Assembly (NCBI GenBank): GCA_963813535.1
Contig: CAWEZH010000002.1
Span: 1,824,001 to 1,888,000 of the forward strand
Origin: an uncultured Chloroflexia bacterium
Lineage (GTDB): Bacteria; Chloroflexota; Limnocylindria; Limnocylindrales; CSP1-4
Direction: 5' to 3'
Length of the DNA stretch: 64,000 nt
Shown here: one piece after another, positions 19,280-30,101 of the stretch
How the letters are laid out: each line of letters begins with the position of its first letter
How positions within the stretch are numbered: position 1 is the first letter of the stretch
Notes under the pieces: generated by a model
Seen by the model: the letters and a program-made list of their open reading frames with translations, nothing else
What the model was told of the DNA's origin: nothing
Database searches by the model: none
Translations under genes and position numbers: made by a program

Positions 19280-19926
19280 GCGCCCTGCGGATGCGTCGGC
19301 GCACGACGGCGGGCCACGAGCGAGAACGAGGCCAGGGCCTGGTCGAGTTCGCGATGCTCGTGCCGGTCTTCCTGCTGATCCTCGTCGGCATGCTCGAATT
19401 CGGGTTCATCTTCGACCACACGATGACGATCAGTTACGCCACCCGCGAGGGTGCGCGCAGCGGCTCGGCCTTCGCGTCGGGCAACACGACGACGATGATC
19501 TGCAACCCGGCGGATGGGGGCCTCGACGTCGACAAGAACATCGTCGCCGCCGTGCAGCGGGTACTCGAGGCGCCTGGATCGCAGGTCGTGCTGAGTCGCG
19601 TCCAGGAGATCCGGATCTACAAGGCCACAGCGAGCGGCACCCAGAGCGGCGGCTCGGCCAACGTCTGGACCTACTCCGCGGGCAGCGGCCCGGTCGTCGA
19701 CGGCCAGCCGCTCGACTTCACCCGTTCGACGTCCAACTGGAATGCCTGCTCGCGCGTGAACTTCTGGGCCGGTGGCGTGGCGCCCGACTCGCTCGGCGTG
19801 AGCGTCACCTATTCCTACCAGTACATCACGCCCTTGCGAGCGATCCTGCAATTCTTCGGGCCGAACGGTACGCCGACCCTGCCGATCACGGACCGGTCGG
19901 TGATGGCCCTCAACCCGACGGACTGA
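19276..19926 (+). CDS. TadE-family minor pilin
   Basis: G|QGLVEFAMLVP, TM helix, 'YATREGAR'; GTGA overlap with the upstream gene. Confidence 0.9.
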   Translation: MSALRMRRRTTAGHERERGQGLVEFAMLVPVFLLILVGMLEFGFIFDHTMTISYATREGARSGSAFASGNTTTMICNPADGGLDVDKNIVAAVQRVLEAPGSQVVLSRVQEIRIYKATASGTQSGGSANVWTYSAGSGPVVDGQPLDFTRSTSNWNACSRVNFWAGGVAPDSLGVSVTYSYQYITPLRAILQFFGPNGTPTLPITDRSVMALNPTD

Positions 19927-19936
19927 CCGCAGCGCG

Positions 19937-22197
19937 ATGACCGACATCGAGTTGACCCTCGATCCGGCGCGCATGACCGACAGACAGCACGGGCGACGCG
20001 GCCAGGTCGCCGTCATCTTCGCCGGCGCGATGCTGCTCTTCGTGCTGCTCGCCGCCACGGTCATCGACCTGTCCTGGTACTGGACCAACAACCTGCGCAT
20101 CCAGCGTGCCGCGGATGCCGCCGCGCTCGCCGGCGTCGTGTTCCTCCCCGGCGACACGACGAACGCGTACGCGGCGGCCCGTGTCGAATCGGCCAAGAAC
20201 GGCTACACGCATGGCGTCGGTGGCTTCGTCGTGACGCCCCTGCAGGATCCCGCCAACGAGCGCCGCCTGCTGGTCACCATCAGCGGACCCGTCAACACGT
20301 TCTTCGCACGCGCGGTCGGCATCTCGACGTGGCCGGCGCAACGAACCGCCAAGGCCGACTTCGTGCTGCCCGTCCCGATGGGCAGCCCCGAGAACTACTA
20401 CGGCGTCGGCTACCTGATCGAGCCGGTCACCACGACCACCACGACCACCACGAACGGCACCGGGAACTCGGGGCAGCAGCATCCGGGCTCGTCACCCGCC
20501 GGCACGTGGCTCTCGAGCAGCGGAACGATCGTCAGCGCCGTCAGTTCGGCCAGCGGCGACACGAACCATGCCTACACGACGACGGCAGGGGCGACCCAGC
20601 AGTTCGGCACTCTGAACCTCCTGAGCGGCCTTGCCGCGAACCAGAACATCACCGCCGTCACGGGCATCCAGGTCTTCCTCAACGACACGCGGATGTCGGC
20701 GACCTGCAACAACAGCCGGGTCCGAGTCCACCTGTCATGGGACGGCGGGCGTGAACTGGACGACGGCCACGACCGAGACGCCCAATCTCGGCACGAACAC
20801 CACCAGCGGCGACTACACGCTCGGAAGCCAGACGAGCCTGACTGCGTGGACTCGCGCCGGGACATGGGTGGAGTCCGACCTGGCCAATGGCAACTTCGTC
20901 GTCCGCCTGACGTCGATGGAGGGCGCCAGCTGCGCCAGCACGATCGAGATGCGGGTCGACGAGGTCATGGTCCGCGTCTACTACAACCTCCAGACGGTCA
21001 CGACGACGACCACGACGACCCTGCAGCAGACGAACGTCACCGGGCCGGGAGGGCCAGGCGCTGACCCCACAGAAGTTCTGGGGCGCCATGCAGAGCCAGG
21101 GCGCACCGAGCATCCAGGGCGATGCGTACATGACCAAGTACGAGACCCGGAAATCTGTCGGGAACGGCCTGAACTCGACCAATCCGGACGCAAACTACGC
21201 CTGGCAGGACTTCTACAACTACGCGGTCGAGATCCCCGCCGGTTCGTCGAATGGCGCGATCTATGTCTACGACGCCGGGTTCTGCGATGGGACGACAGCG
21301 GCCGGCACCGGCGAGAACTGGACCGTCGGCGCACCGAACGGCAACGGGACCCGCCAGCCCGTGAGCGCCTATTTCGATGTGTACGACACGCAGCAGACCC
21401 TGGTCAACAGCCAGGACGACACGTTCATCAGCGGCAGCGGGACGGGCTACCGACGGTTGTCGTATCAGGACCACACGATCTATGGCCTGCTCGGCCAGAC
21501 GCCGACGTCCGGGATCGGAGATTGCGATGGGCAGGGCTGGCACCTGGGCTGGACCCAGATCGCCAGCGGCCTGACAGCCGGCACGTACCGGATCCACTCG
21601 TACTCCACGGATGCGACCGCCCTCAGCGATCAGGACGACTCGACCGGGCTCAATGCGTTCGCCTTCTACGCCAACGCGACCGGCGGCACGCCGCGCATCT
21701 ATGGCCTCGGCGCGATGGAGGCGTACATCCGTCTGCCGGGCGGTCAGGCGTCCGAGTTCTATCTCGCCCAGATCGATGCCGTCCACGCTGGCAAGACCAT
21801 GGTCATCAACCTGTGGGACCCGGGCGACACCGGCGCGCTGTCGGCCAGCCTGGAGATCCTCCAGCCGACCGGCTCCGGTTTCGCGCCCGCCACATTCGAC
21901 TACCAGGGCACCCTCGGCACCGGCGCGAGCGGATCCGGCTGCGGATCGCTCTCCGGGAACAACGTCACCGCCGTCACCACCAATACCGGTGGTTCGAGCC
22001 TGTACAACGGTTGCTGGCTGACGATCGAGATCCCCCTGCCGACGACGTACAGCGCACCGACCGACCCGGTGTCCGGCGAGGACGGCTGGTGGAAGATCCG
22101 CTACACGATGGGCGGTAGCACGAGCTCCTTCAGCACCGACCTGACCACATGGCAGGTCAACATCCGCGGCAACCCGGTCCACCTCGTCCTGCCGTAA
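19937..22197 (+). CDS. TadG-like pilus-associated adhesin 1 (about 752 aa after correcting two +1 frameshifts near 20747 and 21050)
   Basis: G|QVAVIFA...DLSW...QRAADAAALAG Tad N-terminus; protein-like sequence continues through ORFs 19937, 20631 and 21088 and parallels paralog 2; ends IRGNPVHLVLP. Confidence 0.85.
20000..20410 (+). repeat. Direct repeat, copy 1 (TadG N-terminal constant region; copy 2 at 22416-22826)
   Basis: 137 codons aligned without gaps; 120/137 residues identical by hand count. Confidence 0.9.
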
Positions 22198-22352
22198 CAC
22201 GTCGCGGCACCAGAGTCCCCGCCCGCATCCGGAAGTCCGGGGACCGACCGGGACCATCGACTGCCCCGGCGAGCGGTTTCGTAAGGGACCCTGCAAGGCA
22301 CGTCACCGATGCTCGAACCCTATTGCCGGACTGTCACCCGGAGCCGCCTCGA

Positions 22353-24519
22353 ATAAATCAGCCCGATCCGATCCATACCGACTCGCCGGCCACGGCGACC
22401 GCTCGCCGCGATCGCGGCCAGGTCGCCGTGATCTTCGCCGGCGCGATGCTGTTGTTCGTCCTGCTCGCCGCCACGGTCGTGGACCTGTCGTGGTACTGGA
22501 CGAACAACCTGCGCATGCAGCGCGCGGCCGATGCCGCCGCTCTCGCCGGCGTCGTCTTCCTGCCGAGCGCCGTGCCGTCGGCGGTCACGACCGCCCGTGC
22601 CGAGGCCGCCAAGAACGGCTACACGCACGGGGTCGGCGGCGTCGTCGTCACGCCCGTCCAGGATCCTGCCAACGATCGGCGTCTGCTCGTGACGATCAGC
22701 GGCCCCGTCAACACGTTCTTCGCGCGCGCTGTCGGCATCTCGACGTGGCCGGCCCAGCGCACCGCCAAGGCCGATTACGTCCTCCCGGTCCCGATGGGCA
22801 GCCCCCAGAACTACTACGGCGTCGGCTTCTATCAGCGCCGACAGGCCACGACCAACCTGGTCCCCGCCAACACCGACTGGAACCCGACCGCACAATCCGT
22901 AGCAGGCGGCCTGTGGACCAATCCGGATCAGGCGTTCACCAACGACAACCTGTTCACCACCGAGGACACGAACAACCAGACCCAGATCTGGGGGAACTTC
23001 AACCTCCAGGCCGAGATCCCGACAGACGCGACCCTCGTCATCGACGGCCTCGAGGTGCGGCTGCAGGACGTCCGCCACACCGGCAGCGGGACATCGACGA
23101 ACTGTCGTGTGCAGGTCGCCGTTCGCAAGACGTCGAGCGGGACGTGGTCGGCGAACGTGCCCACGCCCGCGCTCACCACGGCCGACACGGACCCCGTCCA
23201 GGGCAGCAACGCGAGACCTGTCCATGTGGACACCGCATACGACCTGGACTCGCAATGACTTCGCCAATGGATCGTTCCAGGTCCGACTGACGTGGACCGA
23301 CGGCACCGCGTCGTGTGCGGCCACACGCGCCGTCCAGCTCGATCAGCTCGAGGTCCGCGTCCAGTACCACACCACGACGACGACCTTCTCGGACGTGACC
23401 TCCTCGGTGAACGACCCGGCGACCGGGACGGCTCTCGCCTCCCAGGGCTTCTGGGGCGCGGTGTTCACCTCGGGCGGCATCCGCGAGAACGGCGATCGCC
23501 ACGCGCCGTCGTTCCTCGGCAACGGGACCGGCTTGCCCGCCGGAAGCGCCAACCCGGACTACGACGCCGGAGGCTATGACTACCTGATCGAGCTGCCCGG
23601 CGGCTCCGGCCAGGTCCGCGTCTTCGACCCGATCTTCTGCGCGACGGGTCCGAACCCGACCGGCGGCTCGTATGGCGCGGGCGATCACTGGACGGGGACC
23701 CCGTCCGGTCAGGTCGACGCACCGGTGTCGGTCCGGTTCCAGCTCTACAACACCAACGGCACGCTGGCCAACGAGAGCGACGACGGTGCGCCTGTCGGCA
23801 CGATCTCGTACGACCCCGGGAGCGCCACGCTCGGCGACTTCAGTGGGAACTTCGGGACGCCGAGCAACCAGGGCGACGCCAACGCGCAGGACTGCTCGGC
23901 GAACGCTGCCCACAACCAGTGGGTGTCGATGAGCGGCAGCGCTCTGCCCGCCGGTGTCTATCGCCTGAACGTCAACACCTCCTTCGACGCGGACAACTTG
24001 AACGTCGGCGCCGAGAACCTCTTCTCGATCTGGTCCAGCTCGGCCGGGTCGTCGCGGGTCTATGGCAGCGGTCGGATGGCCGCCTATACGAACCTCGACG
24101 GCGGTCTGCAGGCGTTCTACTTCTCGCAGATCGAGTCGGTCCACGCCGGCAAGCAGATGGTGATCGAGCTGTTCGACCCGGGCGAGGTCAGCGGCAACGG
24201 CTTCCTGCGGTTCCAGAACCCCGATGGCAACGTCTACAACTACGCCACGTTCGACTGGGTCTCCGACGACGGTCGCTCGGGCAACAACGTCACGCAGATC
24301 CAGACGTCCATCAACGGGGCCGCGCAGTTCAACAACCGGCTCCTGACGATCACCGTCGACCTGCCCACGACCTACGGCAGCACCGGGCTCAACCCACCGG
24401 GCGACATCACGAACGAGCAAGGCTGGTGGCGCGTGGAATACAACGTCACCGGCGGTAACGACACGACCACCTGGGCAGTCAGCATCCGCGGCAACCCAGT
24501 CCACCTCGTGCTCCCGTAG
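22353..24519 (+). CDS. TadG-like pilus-associated adhesin 2 (one +1 frameshift near 23213; start uncertain: ATA 22353 or TTG 22323)
   Basis: Same Tad N-terminus as paralog 1; ORF 22149 continues into ORF 23107; ends IRGNPVHLVLP. Confidence 0.85.
22416..22826 (+). repeat. Direct repeat, copy 2 (TadG N-terminal constant region)
   Basis: Matches 20000-20410; the 3' ends also match (22161-22197 vs 24483-24519). Confidence 0.9.
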
Positions 24520-24606
24520 CGCACATCGAACCTACGGGGAAACGACCGCCGGGCGACGAGCCCGGCGGTCGTGATTCGGGGCCACCGGTCCGAAATGCCC
24601 CGAGGT

Positions 24607-25734
24607 CTAGGCGGACGGCACGACCGCGGCCGTCCGCGGCACGACGGTGATGTCGGACATCTCAAGCGGCGCCAGCGAGCCGAGGGACTCCGCCACGACG
24701 ACCGCGTCGTCGTTCGGCTCGAGCACGAACCCGGTCTCGGGATTGACGAACGCGTGCCCGCCGCGGTTGATCGACAGCAGGGTCGCACGGTGGTCCGTGC
24801 GGAGGCGAGCTGCCACCTCGTCGATCGACAGGCCGATGTAGGCCTCGGGCAACGTGATGCGGTAGAGCTCCGAACCCTCGCCTCCCGAGACGATGTCGGT
24901 GACGATGGCGCTCAGGCCCGGGTAGAGCGCCGAGCGTGCGAGCAGGTGCGAGGCGATCTTCGACGTGACGAGCAGCTCGTCGACGTTGGCACGTCGGAAA
25001 TGCGGTTCATGCCTGGGGTTGTTGACCTCGGCGACCGTCCGCACGCCCGGCGCGGCATGCTCGATCGCGAGGATCGTGAGGATCGAATGCATGTCCGCCT
25101 CGTCGGACGAATCACGCGGGAATATCAGCGCAGAGGTGGCCTCCTCGATGCCGGCGCGCGTGAGGTCCTCCTCGTTCGTGGCATCCCCGCGGACGAAGTA
25201 CACGCCGTCGCCGGCGGGGTTCTTGTCGACGTCGGCGATGACCACCACCTTCGCTGTGTAGTCGTCGCCGCGGAGCTCGCCGATCAAGTCGCGGGCCGTC
25301 GTATTCCAACCACACACGACGATGTGGTCCTTGTATCCGGAAGCACCCAACCCCTGGCCCTCCTTGAGCAGGAAATCGATGACCATCGCGACGAGTGCGC
25401 CCGTGATCATGCCCAGCATGGCGACGCCGAACAGGATCAGGAACCAGCCGATCAGCCGGCCGGCGGGCGAGGTGACGTAGGACGAGTCGCCCTGACCGAG
25501 GACCGTCGCGATCCCCCAGTTGAACGAGTCGAAGACCGACTCGAACGTCCATGACTTCTCGAACAACGTGATGAGCACGGCGGCCGCCAGGACGAACCCG
25601 ATGATGCCCTGGGCGAGCGACATGAAGAACCGCCGGTCGAGCTGACCGCGCATCCGGCCCAGGTGCCACAGGACGCGCCGGATGACCGGTGCGTCGAAGA
25701 ACGGCAGCGAGCGCGGCAGACGGGGTCGCCTCAC
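24607..25734 (-). CDS. Ion channel with RCK (TrkA-N/TrkA-C) domains
   Basis: 2-TM pore region ('ATVLGQGD..P.SPAGRL') followed by HIVVCGWN, GDAT and TrkA-C; start could be 25752. Confidence 0.85.
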   Translation of the reverse strand: MRRPRLPRSLPFFDAPVIRRVLWHLGRMRGQLDRRFFMSLAQGIIGFVLAAAVLITLFEKSWTFESVFDSFNWGIATVLGQGDSSYVTSPAGRLIGWFLILFGVAMLGMITGALVAMVIDFLLKEGQGLGASGYKDHIVVCGWNTTARDLIGELRGDDYTAKVVVIADVDKNPAGDGVYFVRGDATNEEDLTRAGIEEATSALIFPRDSSDEADMHSILTILAIEHAAPGVRTVAEVNNPRHEPHFRRANVDELLVTSKIASHLLARSALYPGLSAIVTDIVSGGEGSELYRITLPEAYIGLSIDEVAARLRTDHRATLLSINRGGHAFVNPETGFVLEPNDDAVVVAESLGSLAPLEMSDITVVPRTAAVVPSA

Positions 25735-25804
25735 CGGCCGATCGTGCCACATGGGGGCATCCGGTCGCCAGCCTCGATCGCGGCGTCGCCCCGTCGGTGC
25801 GCCG

Positions 25805-26479
25805 TCAGCCGATCGTCGCGGTGCTCTCGTCGATCGTCACGCCCTCGATCCCGGCGACGGTCGCGGCCACCTCCGCGGCCGTGGCGATATCGCGGGCACG
25901 GAGCTGGAGGTCGGCCGACAAACGACCACCCTGCGTGGCGGTGGTCGTCAGGTGCGACAGGGTCCCGCCACTTGACGTGATGGCCGACTCGACCCGAGCG
26001 AACGCCTTGGGATCGTCGAGGTGGAGTCGCATCCGGACGACGTGCGGATCCCGGCCGATGACCCGCTCCGTCACCACCCGCAGTGGCCACAACGACACGA
26101 TCGCGATGGCTGTGATCGTCGCTGCCACGACCCACAGCCCAGCACCGGAGGCCATCCCGACCGCGGCGACCGACCAGAGGCTGGCGGCTGTCGTCAGGCC
26201 GCGGATCGTGGCGCCTTCCTTGAGGATCGCGCCGGCCCCGAGGAAGCCGATACCCGAGACGATCTGCGCCGCGATGCGCGTCGGATCGGCACCGGGTCCC
26301 TGGGCCATGGCGATCGACAGGACCGTGAACCCGGCCGACCCGAGCGACACGAGCAGATGCGTGCGCATGCCGGCGGGATGGTCATGGAGCTCGCGCTCCA
26401 GGCCGACCAGGGCACCCAGGAATGCCGCGAGCAGCAGACGCGCTGCGTACCCGGAATCGGCGCCGAGGTCGACGAACAT
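25805..26479 (-). CDS. MgtC/SapB family protein
   Basis: GLERE...AGMRTH, DPTRIAAQIVSGIGFLGAG, GLTTAA. Confidence 0.93.
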   Translation of the reverse strand: MFVDLGADSGYAARLLLAAFLGALVGLERELHDHPAGMRTHLLVSLGSAGFTVLSIAMAQGPGADPTRIAAQIVSGIGFLGAGAILKEGATIRGLTTAASLWSVAAVGMASGAGLWVVAATITAIAIVSLWPLRVVTERVIGRDPHVVRMRLHLDDPKAFARVESAITSSGGTLSHLTTTATQGGRLSADLQLRARDIATAAEVAATVAGIEGVTIDESTATIG

Positions 26480-26491
26480 GGGACCGACAGT

Positions 26492-27109
26492 CTACGCGCG
26501 GGCCACCGGCCTCAAGAGCCCACCCGCGACCATATCCAGCGTGCCCTCGATGATCGCTTCCCGCTCACCCTGCGGCAGCAGACCATCGCCCAGCAGGACG
26601 GCCGCGCCATGGACCGCGATCCATGCGAGCGCTTCGGCCCCGCTTCGTCGAACGGCCAGCAGCCCTGCTGACTGGAGCGCATCGAGGGCCTCGGAAAGGA
26701 CCGCGTAGGGGGATGGTTCGTCGGGCACGTAGAGGTCTGGGGGGCACGCGCGAAATGCGACTTCGAACAGGCCCGGCTCGTCGAGCGCGAACGTGATGTA
26801 GGCGCGGCCAGTGGCTCGGAAGCGAGCGACGGGCGGCGAGGTCCCCTCCCCCGGCACGGCCGTCGTGGCATCGATCATGCGCCGTGCGAGCGCCTCCCGC
26901 CCCTCGGACGCGACCTGGGCGAGCAGGCCTTCGCAATTCGGGAAGTGGCGATATGCGGCGCTCGGCGAGACGCCCACGCGCCGAGCGGCCTCGCGCACCA
27001 CGACGCCATCGGCACCGCCGCTGGCGGCCAGGTCGGTCGCGGCCGACACCAGGGCGCGGCGAAGGTCGCCGTGGTGGTACGGGCGGACGACCGCTGTCGA
27101 TGTTGTCAT
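26492..27109 (-). CDS. TetR-family regulator (WHG-type C-terminus)
   Basis: YHHGDLR...REAARRVGVSPSAAYRHF; C-terminal 'WIAVHG'. Confidence 0.9.
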   Translation of the reverse strand: MTTSTAVVRPYHHGDLRRALVSAATDLAASGGADGVVVREAARRVGVSPSAAYRHFPNCEGLLAQVASEGREALARRMIDATTAVPGEGTSPPVARFRATGRAYITFALDEPGLFEVAFRACPPDLYVPDEPSPYAVLSEALDALQSAGLLAVRRSGAEALAWIAVHGAAVLLGDGLLPQGEREAIIEGTLDMVAGGLLRPVARA

Positions 27110-27115
27110 GCGTCT

Positions 27116-27162
27116 ATGTTGACACCGTTCACATCGACCTGTAAAGTGGACAGTGTTCACAT
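27116..27162 (+). promoter_or_regulatory. Promoter with two TetR-type operator sites
   Basis: TTGACA (27119-24), N17, TAAAGT (27142-47); imperfect palindromes ATGTTGACACCGTTCACAT and AAGTGGACAGTGTTCACAT. Confidence 0.75.
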
Positions 27163-27194
27163 CACCGTCACCGACGACAGGAGACAGCACCGCC

Positions 27195-27701
27195 ATGGCA
27201 GAGGTCATCAACGGTCGCCGCACGGCCGGTCTCGACGACGACGTCGTCGTCTTCCTCATCGGTATGCGCATCAATCGATGGCGACACCTGCGCTCGTGGC
27301 TGCCCGCATTCCGGGCCATGCCGCGGATGCTGCGCGAGCTGGGTGCCGATCCCGATCTCGGATTGCTGCGCGTGCAGAGCTTCTGGGCCGGACGGGTCAT
27401 CATCGCCGTCCAGTACTGGCGCTCGTTCGAGCAGCTCGAGGCCTTCGCGCGGTCGAGGGACCACGAGCACCTGCCCGCCTGGCGCGAGTTCAATCGCCTG
27501 GTCCGCGACAATGGCGATGTCGGCATCTTCCACGAGACGTACAGGGTGGGGCCAGGGACGGCCGAGACGTTCTACGGGAACATGCCGCCGTTCGGACTGG
27601 CCGCTGCGGTCGGCGTCGTGCCGGTGGAAGGCCGCGGGCAGACGGCAGCCCGGCGGATGGGGACGCGGACGACGGACGAGCCGGCAGTCGCGCCCTACTG
27701 A
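27195..27701 (+). CDS. DUF4188 family monooxygenase-like protein
   Basis: VVFLIGMRIN, VQYWRSFEQL, H.PAW..FN, VGIFHETY, Y.NMP.FGL. Confidence 0.88.
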   Translation: MAEVINGRRTAGLDDDVVVFLIGMRINRWRHLRSWLPAFRAMPRMLRELGADPDLGLLRVQSFWAGRVIIAVQYWRSFEQLEAFARSRDHEHLPAWREFNRLVRDNGDVGIFHETYRVGPGTAETFYGNMPPFGLAAAVGVVPVEGRGQTAARRMGTRTTDEPAVAPY

Positions 27702-28174
27702 TCGACGACGGTCACGTCGACGGTCTCGGCCCCGAGGGCAGCCACGAGATCGGCCGGCGCGAGATGGAGGTTGACGCCGAACGCACCGCCTCCGACCGAC
27801 ACGACGGGCTCGTCCAGGACGGATGTGTCGAGGATGACGGGCCATGCTCGCGCCGAGCCGAAGGGCGTGATCGTGAAGCGCTCGTAGCCGGTGACGGAGC
27901 GTGCCTCATCCGCGTCCGGCAGCGTCATCCGGCGCAGGCCGAGATGCGAACGGAGTTTCGGCCAGTCGAACCGCCGACCGGCCGGCACGAGCACGAACAG
28001 GTAGTCATCCTCGCCGCGACGGACGACGATCGTGCGGAGGAGGGCGCCGATCGGTATGCCCTGGAGGCTCGCCGCTTCCTCGGCGCTGCCCGCCCGTTCC
28101 GTCCGGACGACCGTGAAGGGGACGCCCGTGGCGGCGATCGACACGATGGCCGGAGTGTCGCCGTCCGTCGCCAT
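27695..28174 (-). CDS. YbaK/EbsC family aminoacyl-tRNA deacylase-like protein
   Basis: 'SAEEAA', 'RTIVVRRG', 'TGYE...ITPFG', 'SVGGG' motifs. Confidence 0.85.
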   Translation of the reverse strand: MATDGDTPAIVSIAATGVPFTVVRTERAGSAEEAASLQGIPIGALLRTIVVRRGEDDYLFVLVPAGRRFDWPKLRSHLGLRRMTLPDADEARSVTGYERFTITPFGSARAWPVILDTSVLDEPVVSVGGGAFGVNLHLAPADLVAALGAETVDVTVVDQ

Positions 28175-28175
28175 C

Positions 28176-28932
28176 TCAGCCGGTGAACACGCTGCCGCCG
28201 TTCGGCGACAGCACCTGACCGACATAGGCATCGCCGCCCGGACCGGCCAGGAAGGCGATGGTCGCGGCGATCTCCTCCGGGCTCGAGGAACCGACCGATC
28301 CGCATCGTCGCCAGCTCGGCCTCGATGGCGGCCGGATCGTTGTCGCGCAGCATCGGCGTGTCGACCGGCCCGGGTGCGACGGCGTTGACGAGGATCCCTG
28401 ACGGCGCGAGCTGGTAGGCGAGGGCTCGCGTGAACCCGACGAGCGCCGCCTTGGCCGTCACGTACTGCACGCTCTGGTTGCCGAGCCACACGGCCTCCGA
28501 TGCGATGTTGACGATGCGGCCCCAGCCCGTCTCCGACATCCCGGGCAGGACGGTCTTCGTGACGTGGAACGCGCCATCGACATGGACGTCGAGCACGCGC
28601 CGCCAATCGTGGAACGAGGTGCCGGCGAACGTCCCGGCGCCCGGCACGCCCGCGTTGTTGACGAGGACGCCGACCGGCCCGTGGTCGGTGACGAGACCGC
28701 CGACCACCCGCGCGACAGCGTCTGCGTCGGTCACATCGGCGGCGAGTGCCTCGGCGCCGCCACCCGCGGCGACGATCGAGGCTGCCACCGCCGCGACGCC
28801 CTCGCCATCCCGATCCAGGCAGCCGACGACCGCTCCATCGGCGGCGAGGCGCAGCGACGTCGCCCGGCCGATCCCGGATGCCGCACCGGTCACCAGGGCG
28901 ACACGACCCTCGAGCGGGCGCCGATCAGCCAC
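28176..28932 (-). CDS. Classical SDR (FabG-like), one +1 frameshift near 28279
   Basis: TGAASGIG, NNAG, YVTAK, VNAVAPG; the C-terminus 'PEEIAATIAFLAG...GQVLSPNGG' lies in the shifted frame. Confidence 0.85.
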
Positions 28933-30056
28933 GCTGCCCCGCGAACCGGGCCAGGTGGATCGGCCGGTAGCGGTCGTAGAGCGTCACGATCAGCGTCAGC
29001 AACAGCACGAAGACGAGGGCATGCTCGAGCCGGCGCCCGGTCAGGGACGCGAGCACGAATTGGCCGACCGCCACGACGACCACGTTCACGACCAGCATGG
29101 CGCCGAACTGGCGGATGGTGGAAGCCCACTGCCGTCCCCGCCGGACCAGGCCTTCGCTGATGATCGTGTTGACGACGATCACGACCGCGATCCCGAGGGC
29201 AGTCCCGACGGGACTCGCGTCGACCCCGGGCAGCATCCGTCCGAAGATGATCGATACCAGGGACACGAACACGATCTTCTCGAGCAGCTCACGGTCGACC
29301 AGCCGCTCGGCCAGGAGGTGTCGCTCCCGCTCGATGAGGGACGGGTCGACCGGTTCCTGACGTTCATCGGCGTCGAACGTCAGTGGACGGTCGGCCGGGG
29401 GCAGGCGTCGAGTGAACAGCCACCACGCGCCGACGGCGAGGAGCCCCAGCGCGACCGCGACGACGACGATCACGGTCGGTCGGTTGGCGATCGCTTCCGA
29501 CCAGGTCGCGTCGGTCGACACGCCGAACACGGCCGTCTTGATGAGATCGGTCGTGTCGAGCTGGGCGACGTGGATCCACCACTCCTGGGGCAGCTTGATC
29601 ACGATCCAGATGAACGCGGCCGCGCCGATGACCAGCCGCTTCGACATCCGTCAGCGGATCCCACCGTGCGCGAACCGCCTCGTAGAAGTCGAAGAAGTAC
29701 TCGAACGTGTTGGGGAAGACCAACAGGATGGCGCGGATCTGCGTCAGTTCGAACAGGACGACGCCTACCAGGCGGTAGTAGTAGAGGAACCGGCTGACGC
29801 CGAACGCGGTCAGGTGCGTCCAGTTCCGGAGCGTTGCCGTGTAGGCGATGCCCAGGTAGTAGACGTCGAGCGCCTTGTCGTAGCTCTGGTAGCCGTCCAG
29901 ATCGAGGCTCGTGAAGGTCTGGAAGATGGTCTGGTCGAGCCCGTCGATGACCAGCGCCGCGAGCATCGCCGGCAGCGGGAAGCGCGGGATCGCAAGTGGG
30001 ACCAGGATGCGGGTCGCGATGACGACCGCGAGGATCACGCCGTCCAAGGCGCTCAC
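28925..30056 (-). CDS. Multi-pass membrane protein of unknown function, one +1 frameshift near 29650
   Basis: ORFs 29364..30056 and 28925..29647 join into one hydrophobic protein (D..DQ...YDKALD motif). Confidence 0.7.
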
Positions 30057-30101
30057 GTCCTCCTTCGGCGGCGTGGTCGGTGGGCCGAGGATACGCGACG
30101 G

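Noticed and set aside
18573-22298. Shared 9-mer CCTGCAAGG upstream of tadE1 (18573) and tadG2 (22290)
   Set aside because: Only two short copies, at different distances from the starts; cannot be distinguished from chance.
19937-24519. Diversity-generating retroelement explanation for the TadG repeats
   Set aside because: No reverse transcriptase is present, both copies are coding N-termini, and the differences are mostly synonymous rather than adenine-specific.
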